Of a DNA stretch of 64,000 bases, positions 19,003 through 31,416 are shown piece by piece. The notes under the pieces are model-generated. The model saw nothing but the letters and a program-made list of their open reading frames with translations, ran no database searches and was not told the DNA's origin. The translations under genes and the position numbers were made by a program. The stretch's first letter is position 1. Each line of letters opens with the position of its first letter. This DNA comes from Candidatus Daviesbacteria bacterium (GTDB lineage Bacteria > Patescibacteriota > Microgenomatia > Daviesbacterales > UBA10151). Location of the stretch: assembly GCA_028712705.1 (NCBI GenBank), contig JAQTPP010000003.1:52-64051 (forward strand). The letters run 5' to 3'.

Positions 19003-21579
19003 CTATGTTTTTTCTTTAGAACAAACAACCGTAGCTGCTGCTACTTTTTCCCCGGGTCTGACTCTCATTAAGATTACCCCTTGAGTTTGACGCTGCAGGG
19101 TCGGTACCTCTGCCAGGTTCATCTTTATAAGTTGTCCTTTTGTGGAGGTTAATACCAAAGTGTCCATTTTTTTATCAATGGCCTCTGCTGTAACAATCGG
19201 TCCGGTTTTGGCAGTCACCTGTGCAGCTTTAACTCCTTGTCCTCCCCTGCCCTGTCTGCTCCAGGCGGAAAATCTGGTTTTTTTACCTAAACCGTTTTGC
19301 ATAATTACCAAAAGCTCATCATCATTACCTTGGACCAAATTTAGGGAGACTACCTCATCGTTGCCGGTCAGCTTAATTCCTCTTACTCCGGAAGTATCCC
19401 GGTGCGTTGGTTTGACTTGGGTTTCGGAAAAACGAATTGATTTGCCATTTTTTGAAACAATAACGACATCGTCCTTGCCTGAGGTTGGGGTTACCCATCC
19501 CAGTTCATCGCTCGGATCCAACTTGATTGCTACCAGACCATTTTTGCGGATATTGGCATATTCTGTAAGGGAAGTTTTTTTGACAGTGCCCTTTTTAGTA
19601 CACATAAAGAAGTATTTGGCGCTTTCGCCTTTTTGCCTGGTGGTTAAAACTGCCGTGACTTTTTCCTCTTGTTCAACATTGATTAAGTTGACAATAGCCT
19701 GGCCTTTGGCTGCGCGTTGTGTTTCCGGAATTTCCCAAACTTTGATTTGGAAAACCCTGCCTTTGTCGGTAAAGAATAAAATACTGTCATGCGTTTGGGT
19801 ATAGAAAATGTGGGAAACCGCATCTGTTTCTTTGGTGGCGATTCCCATCACTCCTTTGCCGCCCCGCTGTTGTATCCTAAAAGACATCGGAGCCTGGCGT
19901 TTGATATAACCGCCTTCAGTGATGGTAGCAATAGTCATCTCATTTGGTACTAAATCTTCTTCGGAAAATTCCCCGACTTTTTGTTTATAAACACGGGTTC
20001 GTCTGTCGTCTCCATATCTTACTTTAATTTTTACGAGTTCATCCCTGATAACTTTTAAGATTTTTTCCGGATGAGCCAGTAAATCTTCCAAATAGGCAAT
20101 TGTTTCCCGGATCATTTTTAGTTCATCTTCAATTTTTTGGCGCTCCAGCGCAGCTAACCTTCGAAGCTGCATATCCAAAATAGCCAAAGCCTGGATTTCT
20201 GTTAACTTAAATCTGGTCATTAAATTCTGTTTTGCAGAATCTGCATCAGCGCTTTTTTTAATGGTTTCCACAACCGCATCGATATTATCAACAGCAATTT
20301 TTAAGCCTTCTAATATATGTTCTCTTGCTTTGGCTTCGGTAAGTTCAAATTCGGAGCGTTTTCTAATGACTACTTGCCTGTGATGAATAAATTCTTCCAA
20401 CACCCGTTTTAATGTCAGAAGATGCGGGACTCCGTCTGAAAGGGCGACCAGGTTGATATTAAAAACCGACTGCATGGCAGTATATTTATAAAGACTATTT
20501 AAGATTGCCTGGGGTTTGGCGTCTCTTTTTAAGTCAAACACAATTCTGACCATTTGTTTGCGGTCTGATTCATCCCGTAAATCCGCAATGCCCTCTAATT
20601 TTTTATCTTTTACCAGTTCGGCAATTCTGGCAATCAAGGTAGCTTTATTCACCTGGTATGGCAGCTCCGAAACGATAATTTGCATCTTTCCTGCCGCAGT
20701 TTCATCAATTTCAGCCTTGGCTCTCATTACAATCCGGCCCTTACCGGTGGCATAAGCCGCAAGGATTTCGGTTTGGTCATAGATGGAAGCGCCGGTTGGA
20801 AAATCAGGGCCTTTAATAAATTGCAGAAGATCTTCAACAGTGGCAGTGGATTTGAAGCTATCAGTCTTCAGTATCGCTTCGCCCGTTTTTGGCGCGGTTT
20901 CGCTCTCAGCTTTCAGACTTTCTGAATCTGACGACTGACGACTGACGACTGACGACTGTTTTTCCGGATGTTCTATCATGTAAACCAGTGCATCAGTGAC
21001 TTCCCCCAGATTATGTGGCGGGATTTGGGTGGCCATACCAACAGCAATGCCGGAGGCACCGTTTAACAATAGGTTGGGTATAACAGAAGGAAGTAATACT
21101 GGTTCTTGTGTAGTACCGGAATAGTTATCCACAAAATTGACAGTATTTTTATTAATGTCACGAAGTAACTCCTCGGAAATTGCAGAAAGTCGGGCCTCCG
21201 TATACCGCATTGCCGCGGGCGAGTCTCCATCAATTGATCCAAAATTCCCCTGGCCGTCAACCAGCATATATCTCATGGAAAAATTTTGCGCCATCCGGAC
21301 CATAGCTTCATATATAGGAGCATCACCATGAGGATGGAGGTTTTTCATAACTTCACCGACAACTGCAGCTGATTTTTGGAAGCGGGATGTGTGGTGTAAA
21401 CCTTGCTGGTGCATTGCGTAAATAATTCTTCGCTGGACCGGTTTTAGGCCGTCACGGACGTCCGGTAGCGCCCGGGAAACAATAACAGACATGGCATAGT
21501 CCAAATAGGACTTTTGCATTTCTTCAATAATAGGAGTGGTTACAATTTTGCCGATGTTACTCATTGGTTTGGGGTACAA
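19003..21579 (-). CDS. gyrA: DNA gyrase subunit A
   Basis: [23 protein letters not shown]. Active-site region GKYHPHGD, present as HPHGDAPIY. Six C-terminal GyrA-box repeats. About 40-aa insertion before GPDFPTG containing the heptamer tract. Confidence 0.95.
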   Translation of the reverse strand: MYPKPMSNIGKIVTTPIIEEMQKSYLDYAMSVIVSRALPDVRDGLKPVQRRIIYAMHQQGLHHTSRFQKSAAVVGEVMKNLHPHGDAPIYEAMVRMAQNFSMRYMLVDGQGNFGSIDGDSPAAMRYTEARLSAISEELLRDINKNTVNFVDNYSGTTQEPVLLPSVIPNLLLNGASGIAVGMATQIPPHNLGEVTDALVYMIEHPEKQSSVVSRQSSDSESLKAESETAPKTGEAILKTDSFKSTATVEDLLQFIKGPDFPTGASIYDQTEILAAYATGKGRIVMRAKAEIDETAAGKMQIIVSELPYQVNKATLIARIAELVKDKKLEGIADLRDESDRKQMVRIVFDLKRDAKPQAILNSLYKYTAMQSVFNINLVALSDGVPHLLTLKRVLEEFIHHRQVVIRKRSEFELTEAKAREHILEGLKIAVDNIDAVVETIKKSADADSAKQNLMTRFKLTEIQALAILDMQLRRLAALERQKIEDELKMIRETIAYLEDLLAHPEKILKVIRDELVKIKVRYGDDRRTRVYKQKVGEFSEEDLVPNEMTIATITEGGYIKRQAPMSFRIQQRGGKGVMGIATKETDAVSHIFYTQTHDSILFFTDKGRVFQIKVWEIPETQRAAKGQAIVNLINVEQEEKVTAVLTTRQKGESAKYFFMCTKKGTVKKTSLTEYANIRKNGLVAIKLDPSDELGWVTPTSGKDDVVIVSKNGKSIRFSETQVKPTHRDTSGVRGIKLTGNDEVVSLNLVQGNDDELLVIMQNGLGKKTRFSAWSRQGRGGQGVKAAQVTAKTGPIVTAEAIDKKMDTLVLTSTKGQLIKMNLAEVPTLQRQTQGVILMRVRPGEKVAAATVVCSKEKT
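20929..20958. repeat. Tandem heptamer (AGTCGTC)x4 in gyrA coding sense
   Basis: tgacgactgacgactgacgactgacgactg on the plus strand. Encodes [10 protein letters not shown] within the GyrA insertion. Confidence 0.75.
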
Positions 21580-21602
21580 AAAAAGGGTTTAGACCCGAGT
21601 TA

Positions 21603-21632
21603 ATTATACCTTTTTTGATCCTCTTTAAGCAA
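21603..21632 (-). promoter_or_regulatory. Candidate promoter TTGCTT-N18-TATAAT for gyrA (minus strand)
   Basis: Reverse complement of aagcaa at 21627-21632 and attata at 21603-21608. Confidence 0.35.
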
Positions 21633-21649
21633 GGGGTAAAGGGTCTTTT

Positions 21650-22555
21650 TTAGGCCAGTTTTTCTGCGCTGTTTGATGCTAATTTAATCATTTTATCTAA
21701 TAATTTTGGGAAAGTTAATCCGACTGCTGCAGCTGCTTTAGGGAAAAGCGAAGAAGCTGTCAGTCCCGGAATTGTGTTTACTTCTAAGACATACGGCTTA
21801 CCATCTGAAATTATAAAGTCTATTCTTGAATAATGGCCAAGTTTCAAAGTCTTGTGAATCCTAAGAGCTATTTTTTGAACCATTTTTTTAAGCTGAGGAG
21901 TTAAAGATGGAGCATTAGGGATTTCATTGGTATTTCCCCAGTATTTATTTTTGTAATCAAACCAGCCCCCTGCCGGCGGAATAATTTCTATAACCGGTAG
22001 AGCTTTGTCTTTCAATATACCGACAGTCACCTCAATCCCCGGTAAGTATCTTTCCACAAAAAGCGGCAAGCCGGACTTAAGCAATTTCCGGCAAAGATTG
22101 TTTTTAAGATTCTTTGCTGATTTCAAAATTACCACTTCTCTTGACGATCCCCCGCTGGAACTTTTTAAAACACAAGGAAAACCAAATTTGACAATATCGC
22201 TTTGGTTTTTTATTTTTTTCCAAGGCGAGGTTAAAATATGTTCTCTGTCACAAAATTCTTTAAAAGAAATCTTATACCAACCCTGTTGAAATCCTATTGG
22301 GCTGCCTCCTATAAACCGTATACCTAAAGTGGATAATTGCTTTTGTAAACCTCCTCCTTCGCCTTCTTCGCCGTGTAAGACTGGAAAAACTACATCAAAA
22401 TCTTTTACCAAATTTTTGGAAATCCCCTCTTTTTTTAGGTCAAATAATTTAACTTCGTGATTGCTTTCCTCAAGCCCTGCTTTAACACATTTTGCTGACA
22501 TTAAAGAAATTCGTCTCTCAGATGTTGTACCACCGGTGATGATAAGGACCCTCAT
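21650..22555 (-). CDS. ddl: D-alanine--D-alanine ligase
   Basis: MRVLIITGGTTSERRISL... ATP-grasp fold. LHGEEGEGG. Confidence 0.9.
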   Translation of the reverse strand: MRVLIITGGTTSERRISLMSAKCVKAGLEESNHEVKLFDLKKEGISKNLVKDFDVVFPVLHGEEGEGGGLQKQLSTLGIRFIGGSPIGFQQGWYKISFKEFCDREHILTSPWKKIKNQSDIVKFGFPCVLKSSSGGSSREVVILKSAKNLKNNLCRKLLKSGLPLFVERYLPGIEVTVGILKDKALPVIEIIPPAGGWFDYKNKYWGNTNEIPNAPSLTPQLKKMVQKIALRIHKTLKLGHYSRIDFIISDGKPYVLEVNTIPGLTASSLFPKAAAAVGLTFPKLLDKMIKLASNSAEKLA

Positions 22556-23685
22556 ATAATTACCCTTCTGGTTGTTTCTGCCAAATTTACCAAAAGATCA
22601 TAGGGAATAGTTTTGCAAAGTCTGGCAGAGTTTGCAATAGAATTTTTATCTTTGGGGTTGCGGGAATACACAATAACCTCTTGTCCTGCTTTTGAGTTTG
22701 GCAACCGGCTTAAATCAATTATATTTATATTCATACAGACCCTTCCAAGTATAGGACATTCTATATTATCCATTAAAAATGTTCCTTTGTTAGACAATCT
22801 TCTGTCAACACCATCATAATAGCCTATCGGTACAACCCCAATCAGCGTATCTTTTTTAGCAGTGAATGTTCCATCATAGCCTAATTTTTCATCTTTTGAA
22901 ACTTTCTTTATTTGGATAATTTTAGTTGTTAATGTTAAAGCTGGTTTTAGATTTTCATCATAAGTTGATGAGGAGAAACCATATAAAGAAAGTCCTGCCC
23001 GGGTTAAATTGGAAATTTTTTCTATTATTTTTCTTGTTTCAGGATTAATCAGAGCTCCTGTTGCTGAAATATGGATCCATTTGGGATTAATGCCATATTT
23101 TTTACATTTGTCTTTTGCTTTTTTGAATTGTTTTATTTGATTTACAAACAGTGGATCGGTTTTACTTTCGGATGAGGCAAGATGTGACATTAGTCCCTCA
23201 ATTGTTAAATTGTTAAATTGTTTCATTGCTGTTAAGAAATTTGATAAATCCTTTATAGGAATTCCTTCCCGATGCATTCCGGTATCAACAAAAATATGAA
23301 TGCTGCAACCAGGTTGGAATTTATTTAAGACTTTGGCTGTTTCTAGATCAAAAACTGCAAATAAAAACGGCAATTTTTTAATCTTTAGATTTTCCGGATT
23401 GGTATAACCCATTACTAAAACCGGAGTTTTAATTTTGGCTTTTTGTAATTCATAAGCTTCAAATAAACTGTCAACACAGAAAAATGGAGTTTGTAGTGGG
23501 TCTAAAATTTTTGCTACGTTTACAATGCCATGGCCATAACCATTGCTTTTTACAACAGGAGCAATTTTCACTTTTTTATTAAGTGAGGATAAATAATGAT
23601 AGTTGTACAGCAAATTATCCTGCGAAACTTCAATTTTATTTAAAGTTTCATATCCTTTTTTAAAGGAATTTAGAAATTTAAGCAT
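22552..23685 (-). CDS. alr: Alanine racemase
   Basis: KIAPVVKSNGYGHG carries the PLP-Lys motif. Start reassigned to ATG 23685 (MLKFLNSF), which overlaps the murD stop by 8 bp. The longer track ORF to 23853 would overlap murD by 176 bp. Confidence 0.85.
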   Translation of the reverse strand: MLKFLNSFKKGYETLNKIEVSQDNLLYNYHYLSSLNKKVKIAPVVKSNGYGHGIVNVAKILDPLQTPFFCVDSLFEAYELQKAKIKTPVLVMGYTNPENLKIKKLPFLFAVFDLETAKVLNKFQPGCSIHIFVDTGMHREGIPIKDLSNFLTAMKQFNNLTIEGLMSHLASSESKTDPLFVNQIKQFKKAKDKCKKYGINPKWIHISATGALINPETRKIIEKISNLTRAGLSLYGFSSSTYDENLKPALTLTTKIIQIKKVSKDEKLGYDGTFTAKKDTLIGVVPIGYYDGVDRRLSNKGTFLMDNIECPILGRVCMNINIIDLSRLPNSKAGQEVIVYSRNPKDKNSIANSARLCKTIPYDLLVNLAETTRRVII

Positions 23686-25099
23686 CTTTAAAAACTTTTT
23701 TGACAGCCTGATTAAATTTTCTACCCCTATCGAATTCGTTTTGGAATAAATTAAAAGAAGTGGCCGCCGGAGAAAAGAGAATGATATCGTTTGGTTTAAC
23801 AATTTTTTTAATATCTGTAAGCAGATTTTCGAAATTATTGTAAGTTCCTGCAATTTTATCTGATGACTGACGGCTGATAGCCTGTCCGTCCGGCAGGCGG
23901 GCTGACAGCTGTTTCTTTATTTCATCAGTTGAATCCCCTTCCAAAAAGAAAACCTTTTTGACAAATTTGCCAACTACCTCTGCATATTTTGTATAATCCA
24001 TTTTTTTATTCATCCCCCCGCAAATTAAAATTAGACACCCTAGGGGTGAATTTAGGTTGCCACCTAAGGTTTTTATAGCCTGGATTCCTGCTTCCGGACT
24101 GGTGGCAGCAGTGTCATTATAAATCCTTACTCCATGCCAAACTTTAATAAGTTCCATCCTGAATGGGATACCTTTGAACTTTGATAGAATTTTAAGAGCG
24201 GATTTTTTACCAATTCCGAAGGTTCCCCCAACAGTTATGGCGGCAGCAATATTTTCCAGATTATGACTGCCTAAAAGTTTAGGATGAAAGTTTTCTGATA
24301 AATCATTTTTAGAGAAACGGATAATATGAGCCTTAAGCCCAGTCAGAAAATTTGCCTGGTCTATCAATGAGTCGTTTCTTCTTATGAAAAGAAAATCATT
24401 TTGGGTCTGATATTTGCCAATAATCCTTTTGGAGAAAACGTAGTCTTTCATGGTGACATAATAATTAAGGTGATCTGGTGTGATATTAGTGATCACTGCC
24501 CATTTTGGGGAAATCTTGTGCGTATCATATGCTTCCAGTTGGAACGAAGAAATCTCCAAAACTACCAAGCTATTTTTTTTAACAGACGAAATTGTATCCA
24601 GAACGCTTTTGCCGATATTGCCGGCCAAAATAACATTTTTCCAAGGGTGTGTGCGTTGTCCACCCCTGGGGTGGGATAGGTTGACACCTAAGGATTTGCT
24701 GAGTACTTCATAAATTAGCGAGGCAGTAGTGGATTTGCCTTTGGTTCCGGTTACTCCAATGATCTGGTCAGGTCTTACATATTGCAGAAAAATTCCCATG
24801 TCTGTGTCAATCTGTTTACCCAATTTTGTGGCATATTCCAGGTAAGGATTTCCTGGTTTAATTGCCGGGTTTTTGATAATTAAATCTGCCCAATCTATAT
24901 CCTCATTTTTGTGTTCGCCTAAGGTATATTCTATTTGCGGAAAATCTCTTAACTCATCCAAAGAAGATTTTAAAACTTCTTTAGTTTTTAAATCAGTTAC
25001 CCTGACTTCGGCTCCTTGTCTTGCAAAAAATCTGGCAGATCCCACCCCACCTTCATTAAGTCCTAATCCAAAGACCAAAACCTTTTTAAAACTATTCAT
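23678..25099 (-). CDS. murD: UDP-N-acetylmuramoyl-L-alanine--D-glutamate ligase
   Basis: GVTGTKGKSTT P-loop and Mur ligase C-terminal domain. Located in the ddl/alr/murC neighbourhood. Confidence 0.85.
   Translation of the reverse strand: MNSFKKVLVFGLGLNEGGVGSARFFARQGAEVRVTDLKTKEVLKSSLDELRDFPQIEYTLGEHKNEDIDWADLIIKNPAIKPGNPYLEYATKLGKQIDTDMGIFLQYVRPDQIIGVTGTKGKSTTASLIYEVLSKSLGVNLSHPRGGQRTHPWKNVILAGNIGKSVLDTISSVKKNSLVVLEISSFQLEAYDTHKISPKWAVITNITPDHLNYYVTMKDYVFSKRIIGKYQTQNDFLFIRRNDSLIDQANFLTGLKAHIIRFSKNDLSENFHPKLLGSHNLENIAAAITVGGTFGIGKKSALKILSKFKGIPFRMELIKVWHGVRIYNDTAATSPEAGIQAIKTLGGNLNSPLGCLILICGGMNKKMDYTKYAEVVGKFVKKVFFLEGDSTDEIKKQLSARLPDGQAISRQSSDKIAGTYNNFENLLTDIKKIVKPNDIILFSPAATSFNLFQNEFDRGRKFNQAVKKVFKDA
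24036..24056. repeat. Second copy of 21-bp palindromic motif CACCCTAGGGGTGAATTTAGG, in-frame inside murD
   Basis: Encodes LGGNLNSPLGC in MurD, about 5 aa longer than the E. coli MurD equivalent region. Identical 21-mer at 6519-6539. Confidence 0.6.
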
Positions 25100-25715
25100 C
25101 GGGATTTTTGATACCTTTCAGTTCTTTAATAAAAAAGTCCACTCCGTCCGATTCTAATTTAATGAAGGCTGTATTAGAAATAGAATTTGTAAAATATATT
25201 TTTTCTGATAAATGATTTAATAAAACCCTCATTACTCCCCCGTGAGAGACAATCAAAACTGTTTTGCCTAAGTATAAAACAGCGACTTCCCGCAAAAATG
25301 TAATATATCTCCCGATTATTTCTTCATCAGTTTCATAGTTTTCATAGGGTTTGTAACTTAATCTTTCTTTTTTGCTTAATCTTTCCCACTTGTTATAAAA
25401 TTCCTGCATCAATTCTTGAGGTTTGCCATCAAATTTACCATAACGCCGTTCCCGCAAAAAATGGGTTGTTTCTGCGGCCATTCCTCTTTCCAGTGCAATA
25501 ATCTCGGCAGTTTTTTTAGCCCTAATCAAATCAGAAGAAAATACCGCCTCAAATTTAATTTCTTTTAAAATTTGTCTTAGTGCTTGCGCTTGCTTTATAC
25601 CCTCAGCATTTAAAGGGATATCTGCTTGTCCTTGGGTGATCCCTTGGGCATTCCAATCTGTCTGGCCATGACGGGCTAGGTAGAGAGTACAATATGTTTG
25701 ATCAGCTTTTACCAT
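25092..25715 (-). CDS. Histidine phosphatase superfamily protein (phosphoglycerate mutase-like)
   Basis: LYLARHGQTDWN is the RHG catalytic motif. Second His in VSHGG. Confidence 0.75.
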   Translation of the reverse strand: MVKADQTYCTLYLARHGQTDWNAQGITQGQADIPLNAEGIKQAQALRQILKEIKFEAVFSSDLIRAKKTAEIIALERGMAAETTHFLRERRYGKFDGKPQELMQEFYNKWERLSKKERLSYKPYENYETDEEIIGRYITFLREVAVLYLGKTVLIVSHGGVMRVLLNHLSEKIYFTNSISNTAFIKLESDGVDFFIKELKGIKNPDE

Positions 25716-26540
25716 AAATGGTATTATACTTATCTTGTGAAAAACAATCCAATTGGAATTTTTGATTCAGGCATTGGCGGGCTAACTGTTACAAAAGAAA
25801 TTGTTAAACAGTTGCCAAACGAGAGCATCATTTATATAGGAGATACTGCCAGAGTCCCATACGGAACAAGATCAAGAGAAATTATCACCAGGTTTGCCAA
25901 AGAGTTAACGAACTTTCTTTTAAAGAAAAATGTTAAGTGTTTGGTGGTGGCATGCAATACTGTTTCTTCCGTTGCCCTGGAAGAAATAGAAAACCTCTCC
26001 CCTATTCCGGTGCTGGGCGTTGTTGAGCCCACGATACAATTAGCTCTCAAAACAACCAAAAATCGAAAAATTGGTGTTATAGGTACAGTAGGAACAATAA
26101 GCAGTAGAACTTATGATAAAAAAATCCATGAAATAAATCCAAAGATAGAGGTCGATAGCATTTCTTGCCCGCTTTTTGTGCCAATTGCTGAGGAGGGTTT
26201 GGAAGCTCACAAGGCCACAAAACTGCTAGCCGAGGATTATCTTAAGGAATTGAAGAAAAGACAAGTTGATACGCTTATCCTGGGGTGTACCCATTATCCG
26301 CTTCTTAGGAAAATTATTCAGGAAGTGATGGGAAGAAAAGTCAGCTTAGTGGATTCTGCAAAACCAACGGCTCAAAGTTTAAGAAAGATTTTAGAAGAGA
26401 AAAAATTACTTTCAAATAAGAAACCAAGATATGAATTTTATGTCACAGATGCGCCTGAGAGAGTTTTACAGGTGGCCAGCCGATTTTTTGGAAAGATTTT
26501 AAATGGTAAGTTACAACAAATTACCCTACCAACTCTTTAG
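25698..26540 (+). CDS. murI: Glutamate racemase
   Basis: IGIFDSGIGGLTV, CNT, GCTHYP motifs. An alternative GTG start at 25736 gives the typical short N-terminus and avoids the divergent overlap. Confidence 0.85.
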   Translation: MISFYHKWYYTYLVKNNPIGIFDSGIGGLTVTKEIVKQLPNESIIYIGDTARVPYGTRSREIITRFAKELTNFLLKKNVKCLVVACNTVSSVALEEIENLSPIPVLGVVEPTIQLALKTTKNRKIGVIGTVGTISSRTYDKKIHEINPKIEVDSISCPLFVPIAEEGLEAHKATKLLAEDYLKELKKRQVDTLILGCTHYPLLRKIIQEVMGRKVSLVDSAKPTAQSLRKILEEKKLLSNKKPRYEFYVTDAPERVLQVASRFFGKILNGKLQQITLPTL

Positions 26541-27843
26541 CCAGTTTATCTATATTTCCTGCACCCATGAAAAAGACAATGTCCCTTTCTTTGATTTCAG
26601 ATATAATCTTTTCTAGAACTTCTGTTGCACACCCGGTGTGTAACACTGAAGGCCTATTGATGGCGTCTACTAACTGCTTACTAGTGACTAAACCTGTATC
26701 CACTTCTCGTGATGGGTAAATGTCTAGGATAAAAGTTTTGTCAGCAGGCACTTTCCGAAACACCTTGACAAACTCAGCAAAGAGAGCTTTGGTTCTGGAA
26801 AACATGTGCGGTTGATAAATTAGCAATATCCTTTGATCCGGAAATTTTTCCCGTACCGCTTCCATGGTTTTTTCTATCTCTGTGGGGTGATGACCAAAAT
26901 CAGAGTAAACTTTAGCACCACGGTACTCTCCGATACATTCGAATCTTCTCCCTACTCCTAAGTAACCGGATAAACTTTTCTGGATGATTTGGGGATTGAT
27001 TCCTAACAAGAGTCCAACCTGAAATGCTGCCCGGGCATTTGATTTGTTAAATTCTCCGGGAACCTTAAGAGTAATGCCTAATTCATTTTTGGAATAATCC
27101 AGGTACTGTATAGCTGACTGCTTCATGGCAGCTTTTACTACTCCCGCAACGCCGGTATCAGTCATGTTTGCTACAACAGTTATTTTTGTTTGGAGCAGGA
27201 ACTTTTTAAAGCTTTCCTTAACTGCTTCAAAATCTTTAAAATATTCCGGATGGTCCATTTCTATATTAGTTACCACTGTAATATCCGGTTTGGTGGGTAA
27301 AAAATTATCATTAAACTCATCAGCTTCTAAGACAAAATATTCAGGGTTATGAACTTTTTGTCGTGGTATGCGGTAGTTTGTTCCCCAGTTAGGTACTATT
27401 GCTCCCAGGAGTACTGTTGGATCAAGTCCATTATCTTCCAGCATTTTTGCAATCATGGCAGTGGTGGTAGTTTTACCATGGGTACCGCAAACAGCAATTA
27501 CAAATTTATCGCGAGCCAAATACTCTCCTGTAAACTTCTGCCAGGTCATGATTGGGATATTTTTTTCCTTAGCTGCCAAAAGTTCCGGATTTTCTGGATC
27601 CAGAGAAAAAATGGCTGGGGTAACAGCCAAAATATCTATATTTGTGCGACAACCTTTCAGGTTGACGGCTAAATGTTTAGGGTCGTGGTTGGTGAGAAGT
27701 TGGTCAGAGTTAAAGACACCGGTAAATTCGTTATGTGGTTGCAGATCGCAGCCGGTTACTTTAAAACCTTGAGCCTGGGCAATAGCAGCAGCAGCCGATG
27801 CCCCGCTCCCCCCTATTCCCAAAAAATGTATTCTTTTAGCCAT
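26521..27843 (-). CDS. murC: UDP-N-acetylmuramate--L-alanine ligase
   Basis: IHFLGIGGSGASAAA, VCGTHGKTTTTAM. Confidence 0.9.
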   Translation of the reverse strand: MAKRIHFLGIGGSGASAAAAIAQAQGFKVTGCDLQPHNEFTGVFNSDQLLTNHDPKHLAVNLKGCRTNIDILAVTPAIFSLDPENPELLAAKEKNIPIMTWQKFTGEYLARDKFVIAVCGTHGKTTTTAMIAKMLEDNGLDPTVLLGAIVPNWGTNYRIPRQKVHNPEYFVLEADEFNDNFLPTKPDITVVTNIEMDHPEYFKDFEAVKESFKKFLLQTKITVVANMTDTGVAGVVKAAMKQSAIQYLDYSKNELGITLKVPGEFNKSNARAAFQVGLLLGINPQIIQKSLSGYLGVGRRFECIGEYRGAKVYSDFGHHPTEIEKTMEAVREKFPDQRILLIYQPHMFSRTKALFAEFVKVFRKVPADKTFILDIYPSREVDTGLVTSKQLVDAINRPSVLHTGCATEVLEKIISEIKERDIVFFMGAGNIDKLAKELVG

Positions 27844-27909
27844 AAACTTAGTATATTATTTATAATATATGATTTTTCAATTCAAAATGATATTTTTCTC
27901 CCTGGTTAT

Positions 27910-28659
27910 TTACCGACTGAGTATCTTTGTTAAAGTTCGCCAAAGCAAGTAACAATCAAAACCTAAGCTGGCATGTTCAGCATAGAAAGCATCCAGGCGA
28001 TATCTTCTTCTGTCATCTTTAACAGAAGGACCAAGTATTTGATTTAAGCCTGAAAGACCGGGTGTTCCTCTAAAGTAAAATTCTCTCCATCGTTTGTACT
28101 TTTCTTCAGGCCAACAATTCTGCAAGAATCCAAATACATAAGGTGGCGCTGCTCGAATCCCTATAATGGATAATTGGCCAAGAGCAACTTGAGATAATTG
28201 AGGTAACTCTTCAAGCTGGTGGCGTCTCATAAAGGATCCCAACCTGGTATTCCGAGGATCTTCACTAGGGCTTTTGCCTCCTCCAATCTCAAGATTAACA
28301 ATTCCAGCATCACAATTTGAAACCATGCATCTAATTTTAACAACTCCAATACCTCTTTCTCTACTTAATCTCTCTTGAGTAAAAAACATTGATCCTCCAT
28401 CCTCGATTTTTTTTGCAATTGCCAAAACTGTCACTATAGGAATACTGACTAATGAAGCTGGTATGCTGACTGATAGATCTAAAGCTCTTTTCCATCGACT
28501 CTGTCTATAATCAGCGCCCGTAGTGGTTGATAAGAGTCTTAGAATTCTTGCAGGTGTGGAATCCTGTCTCCTGAGATAACGGTCAATTTGATGGGTAAAT
28601 AAATTGGTTGTGGCAGGTTGACCTGTTTGTTGTGCAGTTTCTATAGTTTCTATCGCCAT
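27910..28659 (-). CDS. Polyprenyl-phosphate sugar-1-phosphate transferase (Bac_transf family, WbaP/CpsE C-domain-like)
   Basis: KRALDLSVS...GGSMFFTQERLSRERGIGVVKIRCM...PGLSGLNQI fits the PF02397 pattern. Confidence 0.75.
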   Translation of the reverse strand: MAIETIETAQQTGQPATTNLFTHQIDRYLRRQDSTPARILRLLSTTTGADYRQSRWKRALDLSVSIPASLVSIPIVTVLAIAKKIEDGGSMFFTQERLSRERGIGVVKIRCMVSNCDAGIVNLEIGGGKSPSEDPRNTRLGSFMRRHQLEELPQLSQVALGQLSIIGIRAAPPYVFGFLQNCWPEEKYKRWREFYFRGTPGLSGLNQILGPSVKDDRRRYRLDAFYAEHASLGFDCYLLWRTLTKILSR

Positions 28660-28705
28660 AATTTATAGAAAGTATCAGATTTTAGAGTAAACTTCAACTA
28701 TAGGT

Positions 28706-30769
<2,064 letters not shown>

Positions 30770-30794
30770 TTATAGTTTAACATAAAATTATCTT

Positions 30795-31415
30795 CTAATA
30801 AACTACCTGATAAATCTGGGATGGACGTTGATACAGGGGACGCGATAGAAAAGTTTTAACTTCTGCAAAGGTTTCTGTAAAAGGCCTATCGTTTCGAACA
30901 ACAAGACCATTAGCAGGGTGAGTATTTATGTAAATTGGTTGTTCTCTCATGAAACTATTCCATCCTTCCGGTGAAGAGAGCTTGTCATTGTCAAATTGCG
31001 ATCCGCGTCCTATGAGGTATCCTCTTAAAGTTTTTTCCGGTACCACAACTCGGATAAATTCTACTATTGCATTATATCTTTTAGCTGTCTGCTGATGCCA
31101 TTCTATCAAGCCATTCCAACCTGGTATTTGAACTTCCTTACTATAGACAACATCCGCAACAACATCACACCCGCGAGACAAAAGCACAATTATCACTTTT
31201 TGGATTAGTTCGTACACTTCTGGACGGTATTTTTCTTCGTACTCAAGACCATGTGAGGCCGGAAACACTGAGGCATAAATGTCTTTACTGACAACTGGAC
31301 AACCAAGGTCCTTTCCTAGTGCTTGAGCCAGAGTTGATTTACCTGTACCTGAAGAACCTGTTATAATTACTAGCTTTTTTGGGACCTGTGTATTGCTTTC
31401 TGGATTCAAGCGCAT
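30795..31415 (-). CDS. P-loop NTPase / AAA-domain kinase-like protein
   Basis: ITGSSGTGKSTLAQAL Walker A motif. 206 aa. Confidence 0.55.
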   Translation of the reverse strand: MRLNPESNTQVPKKLVIITGSSGTGKSTLAQALGKDLGCPVVSKDIYASVFPASHGLEYEEKYRPEVYELIQKVIIVLLSRGCDVVADVVYSKEVQIPGWNGLIEWHQQTAKRYNAIVEFIRVVVPEKTLRGYLIGRGSQFDNDKLSSPEGWNSFMREQPIYINTHPANGLVVRNDRPFTETFAEVKTFLSRPLYQRPSQIYQVVY

Positions 31416-31416
31416 A

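Noticed and set aside
19142-19804. 220-aa plus-strand ORF inside gyrA
   Set aside because: Antisense to gyrA, which is unambiguous across its full length.
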